From an uncultured Actinomycetota bacterium (lineage in GTDB: Bacteria > Actinomycetota > Actinomycetes > JAHEKZ01): a DNA stretch of 64,000 nt. Location: the NCBI GenBank assembly GCA_963743915.1, contig CAVURN010000001.1, positions 320,001 to 384,000 on the forward strand, in the 5' to 3' direction. The notes under the pieces were generated by a model, which was not told where the DNA came from, did not search any database, and was given only the letters and a program-made list of their open reading frames with translations. Positions 1 to 11,134 of this stretch are shown here, piece by piece; positions within the stretch are counted from its first letter, which is position 1; each line of letters starts with the position of its first letter. The position numbers and the translations under genes were made by a program.

Positions 1-1199
<1,199 letters not shown>

Positions 1200-1213
1200 A
1201 GGGCTCGAGCTCC

Positions 1214-1660
1214 TCAGCCGATGTTCGGGTCGAAGGTGAAGATCACGAGGGTGCCGGTGAAGAGGATCAGCACCATCGATGCGTAGAGGGCGGCCTTGAG
1301 CCACATGCGGGTCATGTCGCGCTCGGCGTAGTCGTTGATGATGACGCGGAGCCCGTTGCCGCCGTGCAGCTGGGCGAGCCAGAGCATGAGGAGGTCCCAG
1401 ACCTGCCAGAAGGGCGAGGACCAGCGCCCGGCGACGAAGGCGAAGTTGATCCGCTGCACCCCTCCGTCGAGGACGTTCATGATGAACAGGTGCCCGAGGA
1501 CCAGGAAGACGAGCACAAGTCCCGACACCCGCATGAAGATCCACGAGTAGAGCTCGAAGTTGGAGCGTCCGCTGGAACCGAAGCTGCGCTGCGATCGCGG
1601 TGCCTTGATGTCCGGTACCGACGAGGGAGCTGGTGACGAGCTGGCGGCGGACATGCTCAC
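1214..1660 (-). CDS. sdhD: Succinate dehydrogenase hydrophobic membrane anchor subunit
   Basis: NFELYSWIFMRVSG...GHL...LHGGNGLRVIINDY; GTG at 1660 overlaps the sdhC stop (alternative ATG at 1654). Confidence 0.92.
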   Translation of the reverse strand: MSMSAASSSPAPSSVPDIKAPRSQRSFGSSGRSNFELYSWIFMRVSGLVLVFLVLGHLFIMNVLDGGVQRINFAFVAGRWSSPFWQVWDLLMLWLAQLHGGNGLRVIINDYAERDMTRMWLKAALYASMVLILFTGTLVIFTFDPNIG

Positions 1661-2049
1661 ACCTGCCCGAAGATGTCGGAGACGGTGTGCTCGAGCATGA
1701 AGTAGACGCCCGGCACCATCAGCAGCAGCCAGACCGCGACGATCGACCAGAGCATGGCCTGCTGGTAGCGCGGGCCCTTGCTCCAGAAGTCGATGGCGAT
1801 GACGCGCAGCCCGTTGAGCGCGTGGAAGAGCACGGCGCCGACGAGTCCGACCTCGAGCAGGTTGACCACCGGGTTCTTGTAGGTGGCGATCACGGTGTCG
1901 TACGCCTCGGGCGAGACGCGCACCAGTGCGGTGTCGAGGACGTGCGCGAAGAGGAAGAAGAAGGTGAGTGCCCCGGTGATCCGGTGCGCAACCCACGACC
2001 ACATGCCTTCGCGGCCGCGGTACAGCGTTCCAGCGGGTGCGGTGGGCAC
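1657..2049 (-). CDS. sdhC: Succinate dehydrogenase cytochrome b556 subunit
   Basis: GTLYRGREGMWSWVAHRITG...FHALNGLR; GGAGG RBS before GTG at 2049. Confidence 0.93.
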   Translation of the reverse strand: MPTAPAGTLYRGREGMWSWVAHRITGALTFFFLFAHVLDTALVRVSPEAYDTVIATYKNPVVNLLEVGLVGAVLFHALNGLRVIAIDFWSKGPRYQQAMLWSIVAVWLLLMVPGVYFMLEHTVSDIFGQV

Positions 2050-2186
2050 CTGACGCCTCCGTTGCGTGTTCTGGGCCGCGTTCGGGCAGGTCACGGCCGG
2101 TGTGCGAGCCCTGCGGTTCAGCAGAAGGTCTCGCCGCGTCGATGCTACCGGCGGCGCCGGAGGTCGCGCCTGTCGGCCTCCGGCGG

Positions 2187-2202
2187 TGAGAGACACCTCA
2201 CG
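2187..2202. promoter_or_regulatory. Putative CRP/GlxR-family binding site upstream of sdhC
   Basis: TGAGA-gacacc-TCACG is an 8/10 match to TGTGA-N6-TCACA; centred about 60 bp upstream of the start predicted from minus-strand -10 TAGCAT (2142-2147). Confidence 0.4.
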
Positions 2203-2264
2203 TCGCCCCGGCGATCGAGCTCGGGGGCACGACCGCGGGCATGTCGGTCCGATGCTCAAGATCG

Positions 2265-4304
2265 TCAGCGGCGGACGACGGCGTCCACCGCGACGGCGCC
2301 TGCGGCGGTCACGAAGACCGGGTTGAGCTCGATCAGACTCAGCCCCTCGTCGAGAAGGGCGCGCCCGACGGCCGCCGCCAAGGTGCAGAGTGCCTCGATG
2401 TCCACCGGAGGGCGTCCCCGGGCGCCGGTCAGCATCGGATGACCGAGCAGCTCGGGCAGCGCGGAGGCGACTCGATCGGCGTCCACGGGGAGCGGCAGCA
2501 CCACGACGTCGGAGAGGATCTCGGTGAAGATCCCGCCCGTCCCGACGACCAGCGACGGGACGACACCGTCACGCGTCGCCGACACCAGCATCTCGACCCC
2601 CGGCGTCGCCATCGCCTCGACGAGCACGGCGGCGCCCCGACGCAGGCCGAGCAGCTGCTCGGCGGCGACGGCGACCTGGTCTGCGTCGTCCAGGCCGAGC
2701 ACGACCCCGCCGATGTCGGTCTTGTGCTGCACCTCGGGATGGCTGACCTTCAGGGCGACGGGACCGGCGATCGCGGCAGCGGCCTGCACCGCCTCGCCCG
2801 GCGTCGCGGCCACCGCGCCGACGGGCACCGGAACACCGTGACGCGCAAGCAGCGCCTTGCCCTCGTGCTCGGCCAGCCAGTCCCCGGTACCGACTCCTGA
2901 GTGAGCCGCCGCCGCGATCCGGCGCAGGTGGTCGCCCGCCGCCGGTGGCACGGCGTGTGCCTTCAGTGCCGACAGCGCCGTGGCGATGCCGCCGAGCGCG
3001 GTGACGCCCGCAGCGGCCAGCTCGGTGGCGACTGCTTCGGGCATCAGCTCGGGCAGGCCGGCCGCCACGGCGCGTCCGGTGCCGGGGATGTCTGCCTCGA
3101 CCAGGCCGGCGCGGGTGGCGCGCCACTCGGCGGCGTCGGCGTCCGACAGGTCCGGTGGCGTGTCCTGCACGTAGAGGACCTGGTTGACACCCGGGTCGGC
3201 CGCGAGCGCCTCGACCAGGGCACGCACCTTGGGGGTGTCCGCCCAGAGCATGTTCGTGTGATCGAGCGGGTTGGTGACGACGACGCCGTCGGGCAGCAGT
3301 CCGGCGAGCCTCGTGCGCGTCTCGTGGGACAGATCCGCAAGAGGGACGCCGAGTCGATCGGCCTCGTCCGCGGTGATCACCGAGTCGCCGCCAGAGCAGG
3401 TGACGACCGCCAGCCCGCCCGCGTGCGTCGGTCGCGGTGTCGCGAGCAGCTTGGCCGTCTCGAGCAGCTCGTGCGGGTCGTGGCACCACGCGCCGGCGGC
3501 CTCCTTGACCAGTGCCGCGAAGATGCGGTGGTCTCCGGCGACGGCTGCGGTGTGGGCACCCCCCGCTACGGCCCCTGCCTCGCTGCGACCCGCCTTGAGC
3601 ACCGCGATCCGTACATCGTTGTCGGCGCAGGCCGCGAACGCCTCGGCCCACCCGGCACCGTCTCCGTCGCCTTCGAGGTAGAGCGCGACGGCGCGGACAC
3701 CGTCGGTCACGGCCAGCTGCTGCAGCGACTGCGCCGCGTCCACCACCGCGCTGTTGCCGACGCTGACGACGGTGTGCCACTCGATGCCGCGACGGCTGGC
3801 GAGCGCGATGACGCCGAGGTTGCCGCTCTGCGTGATCAGTGCGACCCCACCCGCGTCCCCGAGCCGCACGCCGTCCCCCCACATCGGTGCGCGAGCAGGC
3901 ACGGACACGATGCCGTTGGCGTTTGGTCCGACCACCGGCAGCCGGTGGCGTCCGGCCGCCTCGACGAGGAGCTCCTGCCGGTCGGTGCGCCCGGTCTCGG
4001 CGAAGTCTGCGGCGAAAACGACGGCTCCGCCGCACCCGAGCCGTCCCGCGGTGTCGAGGAGCCCGGGGACCGTGTCCGCTGGGGTGGCGATGACCACGGC
4101 GTCGACCGGGGCGTCGAGCTCGTCGAGCGACGGGATGCAGGCGACGCCATGGACCTCGGCGCGCGTGGGGTGGACGCCGACAAGACGACCGCCGAATCCG
4201 GCGGTCACGAGGTTGGAGACCGCGGCGTTGCCGTACGAGCCGGGACGGTCGGTGGCGCCCACCACCGCGATGGAGGTGGGGGAGAAGAGGCGCGAGAGGT
4301 CCAC
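2265..4304 (-). CDS. Acetate--CoA ligase family protein (single-chain ADP-forming acyl-CoA synthetase)
   Basis: LFSPTSIAVVGAT CoA-binding start, VVGPN, TQSG, AHTA phospho-His region, C-terminal ATP-grasp (HKTDIGGV, IELNP, AVDA); start trimmed from the 923-aa ORF. Confidence 0.88.
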   Translation of the reverse strand: MDLSRLFSPTSIAVVGATDRPGSYGNAAVSNLVTAGFGGRLVGVHPTRAEVHGVACIPSLDELDAPVDAVVIATPADTVPGLLDTAGRLGCGGAVVFAADFAETGRTDRQELLVEAAGRHRLPVVGPNANGIVSVPARAPMWGDGVRLGDAGGVALITQSGNLGVIALASRRGIEWHTVVSVGNSAVVDAAQSLQQLAVTDGVRAVALYLEGDGDGAGWAEAFAACADNDVRIAVLKAGRSEAGAVAGGAHTAAVAGDHRIFAALVKEAAGAWCHDPHELLETAKLLATPRPTHAGGLAVVTCSGGDSVITADEADRLGVPLADLSHETRTRLAGLLPDGVVVTNPLDHTNMLWADTPKVRALVEALAADPGVNQVLYVQDTPPDLSDADAAEWRATRAGLVEADIPGTGRAVAAGLPELMPEAVATELAAAGVTALGGIATALSALKAHAVPPAAGDHLRRIAAAAHSGVGTGDWLAEHEGKALLARHGVPVPVGAVAATPGEAVQAAAAIAGPVALKVSHPEVQHKTDIGGVVLGLDDADQVAVAAEQLLGLRRGAAVLVEAMATPGVEMLVSATRDGVVPSLVVGTGGIFTEILSDVVVLPLPVDADRVASALPELLGHPMLTGARGRPPVDIEALCTLAAAVGRALLDEGLSLIELNPVFVTAAGAVAVDAVVRR

Positions 4305-4327
4305 GACGCGGGCCTGGGTGAGCCGGC

Positions 4328-5506
4328 TCAGGTGAGCATCGCGTCGACGCCGCGACGCTCGAGGCTGCGCGCCACGATCAGCCGCTGGATCTCGCTGGTG
4401 CCCTCCCAGATGCGGTCGACGCGCAGCTCGCGCCAGAACCGCTCGGCGACGTTGGTGCGCATGTAGCCGCGTCCGCCGAAGATCTGCACGGCGCGGTCCG
4501 CGCAACGGTTGGCAGCCTCGGAGCAGAAGAGCTTGGCCATGGACGCCTTGCCGTGGACCAGCTTGGGGTCGGCTCCGGACTCCTTCAACCTCGCGATGTC
4601 GAAGACCATCAGGCGTCCGGCAGCGGCGTCGGCAGCTGAGTCGGCGAGGGGGAACGACACCCCTTGGTGGTCGATGAGTCGCGCCCCGCCCTGCTCGCGA
4701 TCGATGGCCCATGCGGTGGTCTCGGCGATCAGCCGCTGCATGGCGCCGATGCAGCGGGCGGCGATGCCGATGCGCTCCTCGGTGAACCACATGCGTTGCA
4801 GGTCGTCGCCCTGTCCGACCTCGCCGATGACGTCGTCGGCACCGACCTTGACGTCGGTGAACGACATGACCGGGTGCCCGTGGGGGTAGTGGTGGGTGAA
4901 CGGTGGGTCGTCGACGATCGCCACGCCCGGAGCGTCTGCGGGGACGGCGAACAGCGTGGGCAGCAGGGTGTCGCCGTCCACCACGTTCGCCATCAGGATG
5001 ATCACTGCGGCCACCGAGCCGTAGGTCACGAACCACTTCTCGCCGTTGATCACGTAGCCGCCACCCTCGGTGCGGTGCGCGACGGTGGCGATGCCCGACG
5101 GGTCGGACCCGGCTTCGGCCTCCGTCACCGCATAGGCGTCGTGCAGCTCACCGCGCAGGGCGGGCCGGAGCCACTTGTCGATCAGGCGCGGGCTTGCCGA
5201 CTTCCACACGTTGTAGGCGGTGGGCATGTACCAGCTGATGCCGTTGGTGTTGCGGCCGAACTGCTCCTCGACCAGCAGCCAGTCGGTGGTTCCCCAGCCC
5301 TGTCCGCCGTACTCGGGGGAGTAGAGGCCCCCCGACAGCCGGAACTCGTGGGCGGTCTCGCGGATACGCTGCACGTCGGAGTCGGGGAGCGGACCACCCG
5401 CCCGTTCGGCCTTCTCCTCGAGAGGAATGAGGATCTCGTCGACGTAGCGACGAGCTCGTTCCTGGAGCTCACGCTGCGAGTCGGACAGATCGGCGGCGTG
5501 GGTCAC
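4328..5506 (-). CDS. Acyl-CoA dehydrogenase
   Basis: AVTEAEAGSD, INGEKWFVT, QIFGGRGY, RIWEGTSEIQR motifs. Confidence 0.95.
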   Translation of the reverse strand: MTHAADLSDSQRELQERARRYVDEILIPLEEKAERAGGPLPDSDVQRIRETAHEFRLSGGLYSPEYGGQGWGTTDWLLVEEQFGRNTNGISWYMPTAYNVWKSASPRLIDKWLRPALRGELHDAYAVTEAEAGSDPSGIATVAHRTEGGGYVINGEKWFVTYGSVAAVIILMANVVDGDTLLPTLFAVPADAPGVAIVDDPPFTHHYPHGHPVMSFTDVKVGADDVIGEVGQGDDLQRMWFTEERIGIAARCIGAMQRLIAETTAWAIDREQGGARLIDHQGVSFPLADSAADAAAGRLMVFDIARLKESGADPKLVHGKASMAKLFCSEAANRCADRAVQIFGGRGYMRTNVAERFWRELRVDRIWEGTSEIQRLIVARSLERRGVDAMLT

Positions 5507-5553
5507 GACGCTCCTCGGGGTGTGTGGGGCGCCGGAGGGCGTCCGCGGAGTAT

Positions 5554-5571
5554 CCTGACTGAACAGTCAGG
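5554..5571. promoter_or_regulatory. Perfect 18-bp palindromic operator in a divergent promoter region
   Basis: CCTGACTG-AA-CAGTCAGG overlaps plus-strand -10 TATCCT (5551-5556) and a minus-strand TTGACC-N18-CAGGAT promoter. Confidence 0.7.
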
Positions 5572-5616
5572 CAATGGTCAACCGGTTCCTGTCATCGGAA
5601 CCCGAAAGAGGTCGTC

Positions 5617-7023
5617 ATGTCAGGTCCTGGTCAGCCGGTCGATCCAGCGGTCGTGCAGCAACAGGTGCGCGACCACCTGATGCTCAACTTCACGGACATG
5701 GGCAACTACGTGGACGCCGAGATCCCCATCTTCGTCGGCGGTGAGGGATGCGAGCTCATCGACGTCCACGGCCGACGGTTCATCGATGGTCTGTCCGGCC
5801 TCTACTGCGCCAACCTCGGCCACTCGTTCGGCGCCGAGGTGGGCGAGGTCGCCAGGCAGCAGATGACCGAGCTCGCGTACACGTCGACGTGGACGGTGGC
5901 GCACCCTCGAGCGGCAGAGCTCGCCGAGCGGATCGCGAACCTCGCACCGGACGGGCTCAACCGGGTCTTCTTCACCACGGGGGGCGGCGAGGCGAACGAG
6001 TCGATGTGGAAGATGGTGCGCAACTGGCACCAGGCGAACGGGCAGCCGCAGCGCACCAAGGCGATCGCCCGCCACACCGCGTACCACGGCACCAGCCTGG
6101 GAGCCTTGTCGTTCACCGGGATCGACTTCTGCCGTGACCCCTTCCTGCCCCTGCCCATCGACGTCACGCATGTGAGTGAGACGAACGCCTACCGGCACCC
6201 GAAGGGTGACGACCCGGTGGCCTTCACTCAGGCGCTCCTGGAAGAGATGGAGCAGGCGATCATCGATGCCGGACCGGACGAGGTCGCGCTGATCATCGCC
6301 GAGCCGGTGCAGAACGCGGGAGGCTGCTTCACGCCGCCGCCCGGCTACTGGGCCGGCCTGCGGGCCCTCGCCGACAAGTACGGAGCACTGCTCACCGCCG
6401 ACGAGGTCATCACCGGCTTCGGACGCGTCGGCGAGTGGTTCGGATCCATCCGCTACGACATCGCGCCCGACTTCATCATCTTCGCCAAGGGGTCGACGGC
6501 CGGCATGGCGCCGCTCGGCGGCTTCATCGTGCACGACCGGGTCGCAGAGCCGTTCGTCAGCGGCCAGGCGTTCTACAACCACGGCACCACCTACAGCGGA
6601 CACCCGGTGACGGCCGCGATCGGCGCCAAGGTCATCGACCTCTACGAGCGCGAGAACGTGCTGGCCAACGTGCGTGCCAACGAGCCGTTCCTGCAGGAAC
6701 GGCTGGGCGAGCTGCTGCGCGTCCCCTTGGTAGGTGACGTCCGCGGTGCCGGTCACTTCTTCGCCCTCGAGATGGTGAAGGACCGGGACACCAAGCAGAC
6801 CTTCGAGGGCGACGAGGCCGACTGGCTGCTCCGCCGTGTGCTCTCCGCCCGGCTCTTCGAGAACGGCCTGCTGTGCCGGCTCGACGACCGCGGTGACCCC
6901 GTGATCCAGATCTCGCCACCGCTCGTGGCCGACCAGAAGCTGCTCGGGCGGATCGTGGACATCCTCGGCGACGCCGTCGAGTACGCGTGGGGTGAGGTCC
7001 AGAAGGGCATGCCGAAGTCCTGA
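5617..7023 (+). CDS. Class III PLP-dependent aminotransferase (omega-amino acid/polyamine type)
   Basis: DGLSGLY, AYHGTS, AEPVQNAGG, ADEVITGFGRVG, FAKG (PLP lysine), HGTTYSGHP. Confidence 0.93.
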   Translation: MSGPGQPVDPAVVQQQVRDHLMLNFTDMGNYVDAEIPIFVGGEGCELIDVHGRRFIDGLSGLYCANLGHSFGAEVGEVARQQMTELAYTSTWTVAHPRAAELAERIANLAPDGLNRVFFTTGGGEANESMWKMVRNWHQANGQPQRTKAIARHTAYHGTSLGALSFTGIDFCRDPFLPLPIDVTHVSETNAYRHPKGDDPVAFTQALLEEMEQAIIDAGPDEVALIIAEPVQNAGGCFTPPPGYWAGLRALADKYGALLTADEVITGFGRVGEWFGSIRYDIAPDFIIFAKGSTAGMAPLGGFIVHDRVAEPFVSGQAFYNHGTTYSGHPVTAAIGAKVIDLYERENVLANVRANEPFLQERLGELLRVPLVGDVRGAGHFFALEMVKDRDTKQTFEGDEADWLLRRVLSARLFENGLLCRLDDRGDPVIQISPPLVADQKLLGRIVDILGDAVEYAWGEVQKGMPKS

Positions 7024-7042
7024 CCGGATGCGCGACTGACGC

Positions 7043-7681
7043 CTAGACGTCCGACAGATGTGTGGCGTCGTTGTAGCGCCCGAGCACCCAGGTCGGGTCG
7101 TCCAGCTCGTGAGTGCGGTGCCACTCGGTGATGGAGGTGTGCGTGCTGCGCAGGCTGGTGAGCGAGCTGCGGGGCGGCAGACCGAGAAAGGTGACGAACG
7201 AACGGCCGATGACACCCCCGTGGGTGAAGACCAGGCAGGTGCGGTCGGCCTGCTCGTCGGCGATCCGCAGCAGGGCGCGGTCGACCCGCGCCAGGAACTC
7301 GTTGTGCGTCTCGGCGCTCGGCGTGACGCGGAGGTCGTGGTCGTGACCGGCGAGGATCCGCTGCCAGCTGGCCAGGGCGTCGGCCAGCGCGAGCGTCTCG
7401 CGGTCGTCCCCGGGTCGCCACTCCTGGATGTCGTGGTCGACCAGCGGCTCGACGCCGAGGGCCTCGCACACGATCTCTGCGGTCTGCAACGCCCGCGGAA
7501 AGCTGCTGGTGATGACGGTGTCGGGGGTGAGCGCCTCACGGACCAGGCGGTCGCGGAGCAGCCCGGCTTGCTCGATGCCGCGTTCGGTCAACCCGTGCTC
7601 GTCGAACAGCGAGTAGCTGCCGTCGGCCGCGGGGCGGTTGACGTGGGCCTCGCCGTGCCGGATCAGCCAGAGGGTGGTCAC
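7043..7681 (-). CDS. Histidine phosphatase (phosphoglycerate mutase) family protein
   Basis: LIRHGE, RALQTA, FTHGG motifs. Confidence 0.9.
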   Translation of the reverse strand: MTTLWLIRHGEAHVNRPAADGSYSLFDEHGLTERGIEQAGLLRDRLVREALTPDTVITSSFPRALQTAEIVCEALGVEPLVDHDIQEWRPGDDRETLALADALASWQRILAGHDHDLRVTPSAETHNEFLARVDRALLRIADEQADRTCLVFTHGGVIGRSFVTFLGLPPRSSLTSLRSTHTSITEWHRTHELDDPTWVLGRYNDATHLSDV

Positions 7682-7786
7682 GTCGACCGAGGGTAGGGCG
7701 TCGGTCGGACAGCCCGAATCCGGAGCGGCCGCATGTCGAGGGGAGGGGCGGCCGCCCCGGAGTCGGAGAACGGGGTCAGAGGCGGG

Positions 7787-9010
7787 TCAGCTGCTGGGAG
7801 CCGCCTCGAGCGTGACGTCGACCTCGTTGCTGTCGCCGTCGCGGACGTAGGTGAGCGTCACGGTGGTGCCTGGCTCGGTGGACCGCACCGCGGCCACCAG
7901 GGCGTCGGAGGAGTCGATGCCCTGCTCACCGAATCCGGTCACGACGTCACCGGGCTCCAGCCCGATCTCGTCGGCCGCGGTGCCCGGCTCCACGCTCTCG
8001 ATCGTCGCGCCGCGGATCTCGCCGCTCGTCGGGCCGAGCGAGACGCCCAACCGGGCGTGCTCGACGCTTCCGGTCTCGATGAGCTGCTGCGAGATCCACT
8101 TCGCCTGGTCGATCGGGATGGCGAACCCGAGGCCGATGCTGCCCGACTGCGCCCCGGGGGCGCTGCCGAGCGTCGCGATCGCCGAGTTGATCCCGACCAG
8201 CTTGCCGTCGAGGTTCACCAGTGCACCGCCGGAGTTGCCGGGGTTGATGGCGGCATCGGTCTGGATCGCGTTCAGCACGGATTCGTCCGCGGCCGACTCA
8301 CCGGCGAGCACCGGGCGGTTCTTGGCGCTCACGATGCCGGTGGTGACGGTGCCGTTGAGCCCGAGGGGGGAGCCGACCGCGATCACCGTCTCGCCGACAC
8401 GCAGGCTGTCGGACGACCCCAGCGGGACGGCCACGAGGTTGTCGACGTTCTCGACACTGATGACGGCAAGGTCCGAGCTCGGGTCACGTCCCACGATCGT
8501 GGCCGGCGTGGAGGTGCCGTCCTGGAAGCTGACGGTCAGGGAACCACCGTCAGCAGCTGCCTCGACCACGTGGTTGTTGGTCAGGATCAGACCGGACTCG
8601 TCGATGACGACGCCTGAGCCCGAGCCACCGCCCTGCGGGCCGGAGAACTGGATCGAGACCACGCCGGGCAGCACCTGCGCGGCGACCTTGGAGATGCTGC
8701 CGTCCGGCAGGGAGGTCGCGGACACGTCGGCGCTGCCTGCGGCGTCTGCGGTGCTGGCCGGGGAGACGTCGTCGTTGGTGGCGATGACCGCACCGGCACC
8801 CAGACCGGCGCCCAGCGCACCGGCGAGCAGCCCGGTGGCGAGCACCATCCCCATCCCGGCGCGGCGCTGGGGCCGCTCGGGGCCCTGGGGCGGCGGCGGG
8901 GGGAACGAGTCGTAGGGCGGCGGAGGCACGGTGTAGGTGGTGGCGCCGGACGCGGTGGGTGCCGTGCTCGCGTCGTGCGGGAGGGGCTGGGTGGGGTGTG
9001 TGTCGCTCAT
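7787..9010 (-). CDS. htrA: HtrA/PepD-like membrane serine protease with PDZ domain
   Basis: TM helix, GSGV, TNNHVV, DLAV, IQTDAAINPGNSGG, C-terminal PDZ; downstream of mprAB. Confidence 0.93.
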   Translation of the reverse strand: MSDTHPTQPLPHDASTAPTASGATTYTVPPPPYDSFPPPPPQGPERPQRRAGMGMVLATGLLAGALGAGLGAGAVIATNDDVSPASTADAAGSADVSATSLPDGSISKVAAQVLPGVVSIQFSGPQGGGSGSGVVIDESGLILTNNHVVEAAADGGSLTVSFQDGTSTPATIVGRDPSSDLAVISVENVDNLVAVPLGSSDSLRVGETVIAVGSPLGLNGTVTTGIVSAKNRPVLAGESAADESVLNAIQTDAAINPGNSGGALVNLDGKLVGINSAIATLGSAPGAQSGSIGLGFAIPIDQAKWISQQLIETGSVEHARLGVSLGPTSGEIRGATIESVEPGTAADEIGLEPGDVVTGFGEQGIDSSDALVAAVRSTEPGTTVTLTYVRDGDSNEVDVTLEAAPSS

Positions 9011-9033
9011 GGTGACCATGGTGCGACGCTTCC

Positions 9034-9072
9034 CTGAGAGTCGCCTGAGAAGAGCCTGGGCACGTCCTGAGA
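9034..9072 (-). promoter_or_regulatory. Four phased MprA-type boxes upstream of htrA
   Basis: Plus-strand CTGAGA at 9034, 9045 and 9067 plus degenerate CTGGGC at 9056 (TCTCAG on the minus strand), exact 11-bp period. Confidence 0.75.
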
Positions 9073-9091
9073 GTTCCGCCGGGGCCCTCGC

Positions 9092-10429
9092 TCAGCAGGG
9101 GAGGCGGACCTCGAACCGAGCGCCCCCTGAGGGGCTGTCACCGACAGCGACGGTGCCGCCGTGCTGAGCCACGGCCTGCGCGACGATGGCCAGGCCGAGC
9201 CCGGAGCCGGGCGTGCCGCGGGCGCCCTCGGCGCGGTAGAAGCGTTCGAACACGTGCGGACGGTCAGCGGGGTCGATGCCAGGACCCTGGTCGTCGACGG
9301 TCAGCGTGCCGTCGGACAGGCGCACGGCGACTGTTCCTCCCGGTGGGCTCCAACGTGCGGCATTGTCGAGCAGGTTGGTCACGGCACGCTCGAGTGACTG
9401 AGGGTCTCCGACCATGGGCCACGAGCTGGTCTCCGCCGCGAACGTGAGGTCGTGGGCCCTGCGTCGGACACGGGTCAGGGCATCGTTCACCACGTCCCGT
9501 AGGTCGAGCTGAACGGTGCCGGGCCGTGACTCGGGTCCGCGTGACAGCTCGACGAGGTCGTCGACGAGGAGTGCCAGCTCCTGCACCTGCTCGCGCACGT
9601 CGGCGAGCAGCGCCGATCGGTCGACGGGCGTCAGGTCACGTCCGGTGGAGTCCGCCTGCGCCAGCAGGTCGAGATTGGTGCGCAACGAGGTGAGCGGGGT
9701 GCGCAGCTCGTGCCCGGCGTCGGCGACGAGCTGCCGTTCTCGTTCGCGCGCGGCGGCCAACGACGTCAGCATCGCGTTGAAGCTGCGCGCCAGTCGCCCG
9801 ATCTCGTCGTCGCCGCCCTCGGCGATGGGGGTGAGGTCGGTCGTGTCGGCGATGTGCTCGGCAGCCTCCGTGAGGCCGCGCAGGGGTGCGAGACCGGCGC
9901 GCGCGACGCCGTAGCCGGCCGTGGCCGCGGTCGCGACGCCGAGGAGCCCGATGATCAGCGAGACGAGCCCGACGTACGTCAGCGTCGCCTGCACGCTGTC
10001 CGTGGAGGCTGCGAGGACGAGTGCGGTGCCACCACCGGCCGGAACGGCGACGACGCGGAGGTCGTCGGTGACGCCGCGGACCGACTCGTCGGTGCGGCCC
10101 TGGGCAACTGCACGCTCGGCGTCGTCGATCGGGGGAGCCTCACCACCCCTCGGCAGGTAGAGCGAGCCGTCGGAGGTCAGCAGTCCGGCGCGGGCGTCAC
10201 CGAGTGCGTCGGCTGGGATGAACACGAGCTGCTCGGGGTTCGACAGGGAACCGCCGACCGCGGCGCGAGCGCGACCCAGCAGGTCGGCGTCGAGCTGGTC
10301 GTAGAGCTGGGCCCGCACCGTCAGGTAGATGCCGGCCGTGGTGGCGGCGACCGCCAGCGCCACTGCCAGAGCCGCCAGCAGCGAGATCCGCGCGCGGAGG
10401 GAGAGCGTCGCGTTCGGTCCCCGCCTCAC
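9092..10429 (-). CDS. mprB: MprB-like sensor histidine kinase
   Basis: Two TM segments, [21 protein letters not shown]-box, NLLDNA, DQGPGI, GSGLGL; context RR-HK-htrA. Confidence 0.85.
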   Translation of the reverse strand: MRRGPNATLSLRARISLLAALAVALAVAATTAGIYLTVRAQLYDQLDADLLGRARAAVGGSLSNPEQLVFIPADALGDARAGLLTSDGSLYLPRGGEAPPIDDAERAVAQGRTDESVRGVTDDLRVVAVPAGGGTALVLAASTDSVQATLTYVGLVSLIIGLLGVATAATAGYGVARAGLAPLRGLTEAAEHIADTTDLTPIAEGGDDEIGRLARSFNAMLTSLAAARERERQLVADAGHELRTPLTSLRTNLDLLAQADSTGRDLTPVDRSALLADVREQVQELALLVDDLVELSRGPESRPGTVQLDLRDVVNDALTRVRRRAHDLTFAAETSSWPMVGDPQSLERAVTNLLDNAARWSPPGGTVAVRLSDGTLTVDDQGPGIDPADRPHVFERFYRAEGARGTPGSGLGLAIVAQAVAQHGGTVAVGDSPSGGARFEVRLPC

Positions 10430-11115
10430 GGGCTCGCCTCGCGCAGCACGTAGCCGACGCCCCGCACCGTGTGGATGAGGCGAGGCTCACCGCCGGCCTC
10501 GGTCTTGCGGCGCAGGTAGCCCACGTAGACCTCGAGCGAGTTGGCCGAGGTCGGGAAGTCGTAGCCCCAGACCTCGTCGAGGATGAGCTCGCGCGAGAGC
10601 ACGCGGCGTGGGTGCTGCATGAGGACGGCCAACAGCTCGAACTCGGTGCGGGTGAGCTGGACGTCTCGACCTCCACGACGTGCCGCGCGCGCATGCAGGT
10701 CGAGCTCGAGGTCGGTGAAGCGCAGGACGTGGTCGGTGGCGTCGTCCGACAGGGGACGCGAACGACGGAGCAGCGCCCTGATCCGGGCGAGCAGCTCCTC
10801 GAGCGCGAACGGTTTGGCGAGGTAGTCGTCGGCACCGACATCGAGGCCCAGGACACGGTCGCCGACCTCGACCCGGGCCGTGAGCATGAGCACGGGGAGG
10901 TCGTCGCCGGCAGCGCGGAGGCGCCGGCAGGTCTCGAGGCCGTCCAGGATCGGCATGTTGACGTCGAGCAGGAGCAGATCGGGGCGTGAGTCGCGCACCA
11001 GGTCAAGTGCCTCTTGCCCGTCCGACGCCGTGCTGACCTCGTAGCCGTTGAAGGCCAACGACCGCCGTAGTGAATCGCGCACGGCCGGGTCGTCGTCGGC
11101 CACCAGGATGCGCAC
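10426..11115 (-). CDS. mprA: MprA-like OmpR-family response regulator
   Basis: [27 protein letters not shown]...[23 protein letters not shown]. Confidence 0.88.
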   Translation of the reverse strand: MRILVADDDPAVRDSLRRSLAFNGYEVSTASDGQEALDLVRDSRPDLLLLDVNMPILDGLETCRRLRAAGDDLPVLMLTARVEVGDRVLGLDVGADDYLAKPFALEELLARIRALLRRSRPLSDDATDHVLRFTDLELDLHARAARRGGRDVQLTRTEFELLAVLMQHPRRVLSRELILDEVWGYDFPTSANSLEVYVGYLRRKTEAGGEPRLIHTVRGVGYVLREASP

Positions 11116-11134
11116 GTCCCTAGTGTGCCCGCAG

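Noticed and set aside
4305-5036. Apparent 923-aa fusion-length acyl-CoA ligase
   Set aside because: The extra N-terminal 240 aa is an alternative frame of the acyl-CoA dehydrogenase; homology starts at about 4304
7720-7760. GC hairpins after htrA (also near 28385-28417 and 51672-51700) as terminators or ncRNAs
   Set aside because: Imperfect stems without U-tracts are common by chance at this GC content; plausible but unsupported
9034-9072. Short repeats as a mini-CRISPR
   Set aside because: 6-bp units with 5-bp spacers and no cas genes; fits a regulator-binding array
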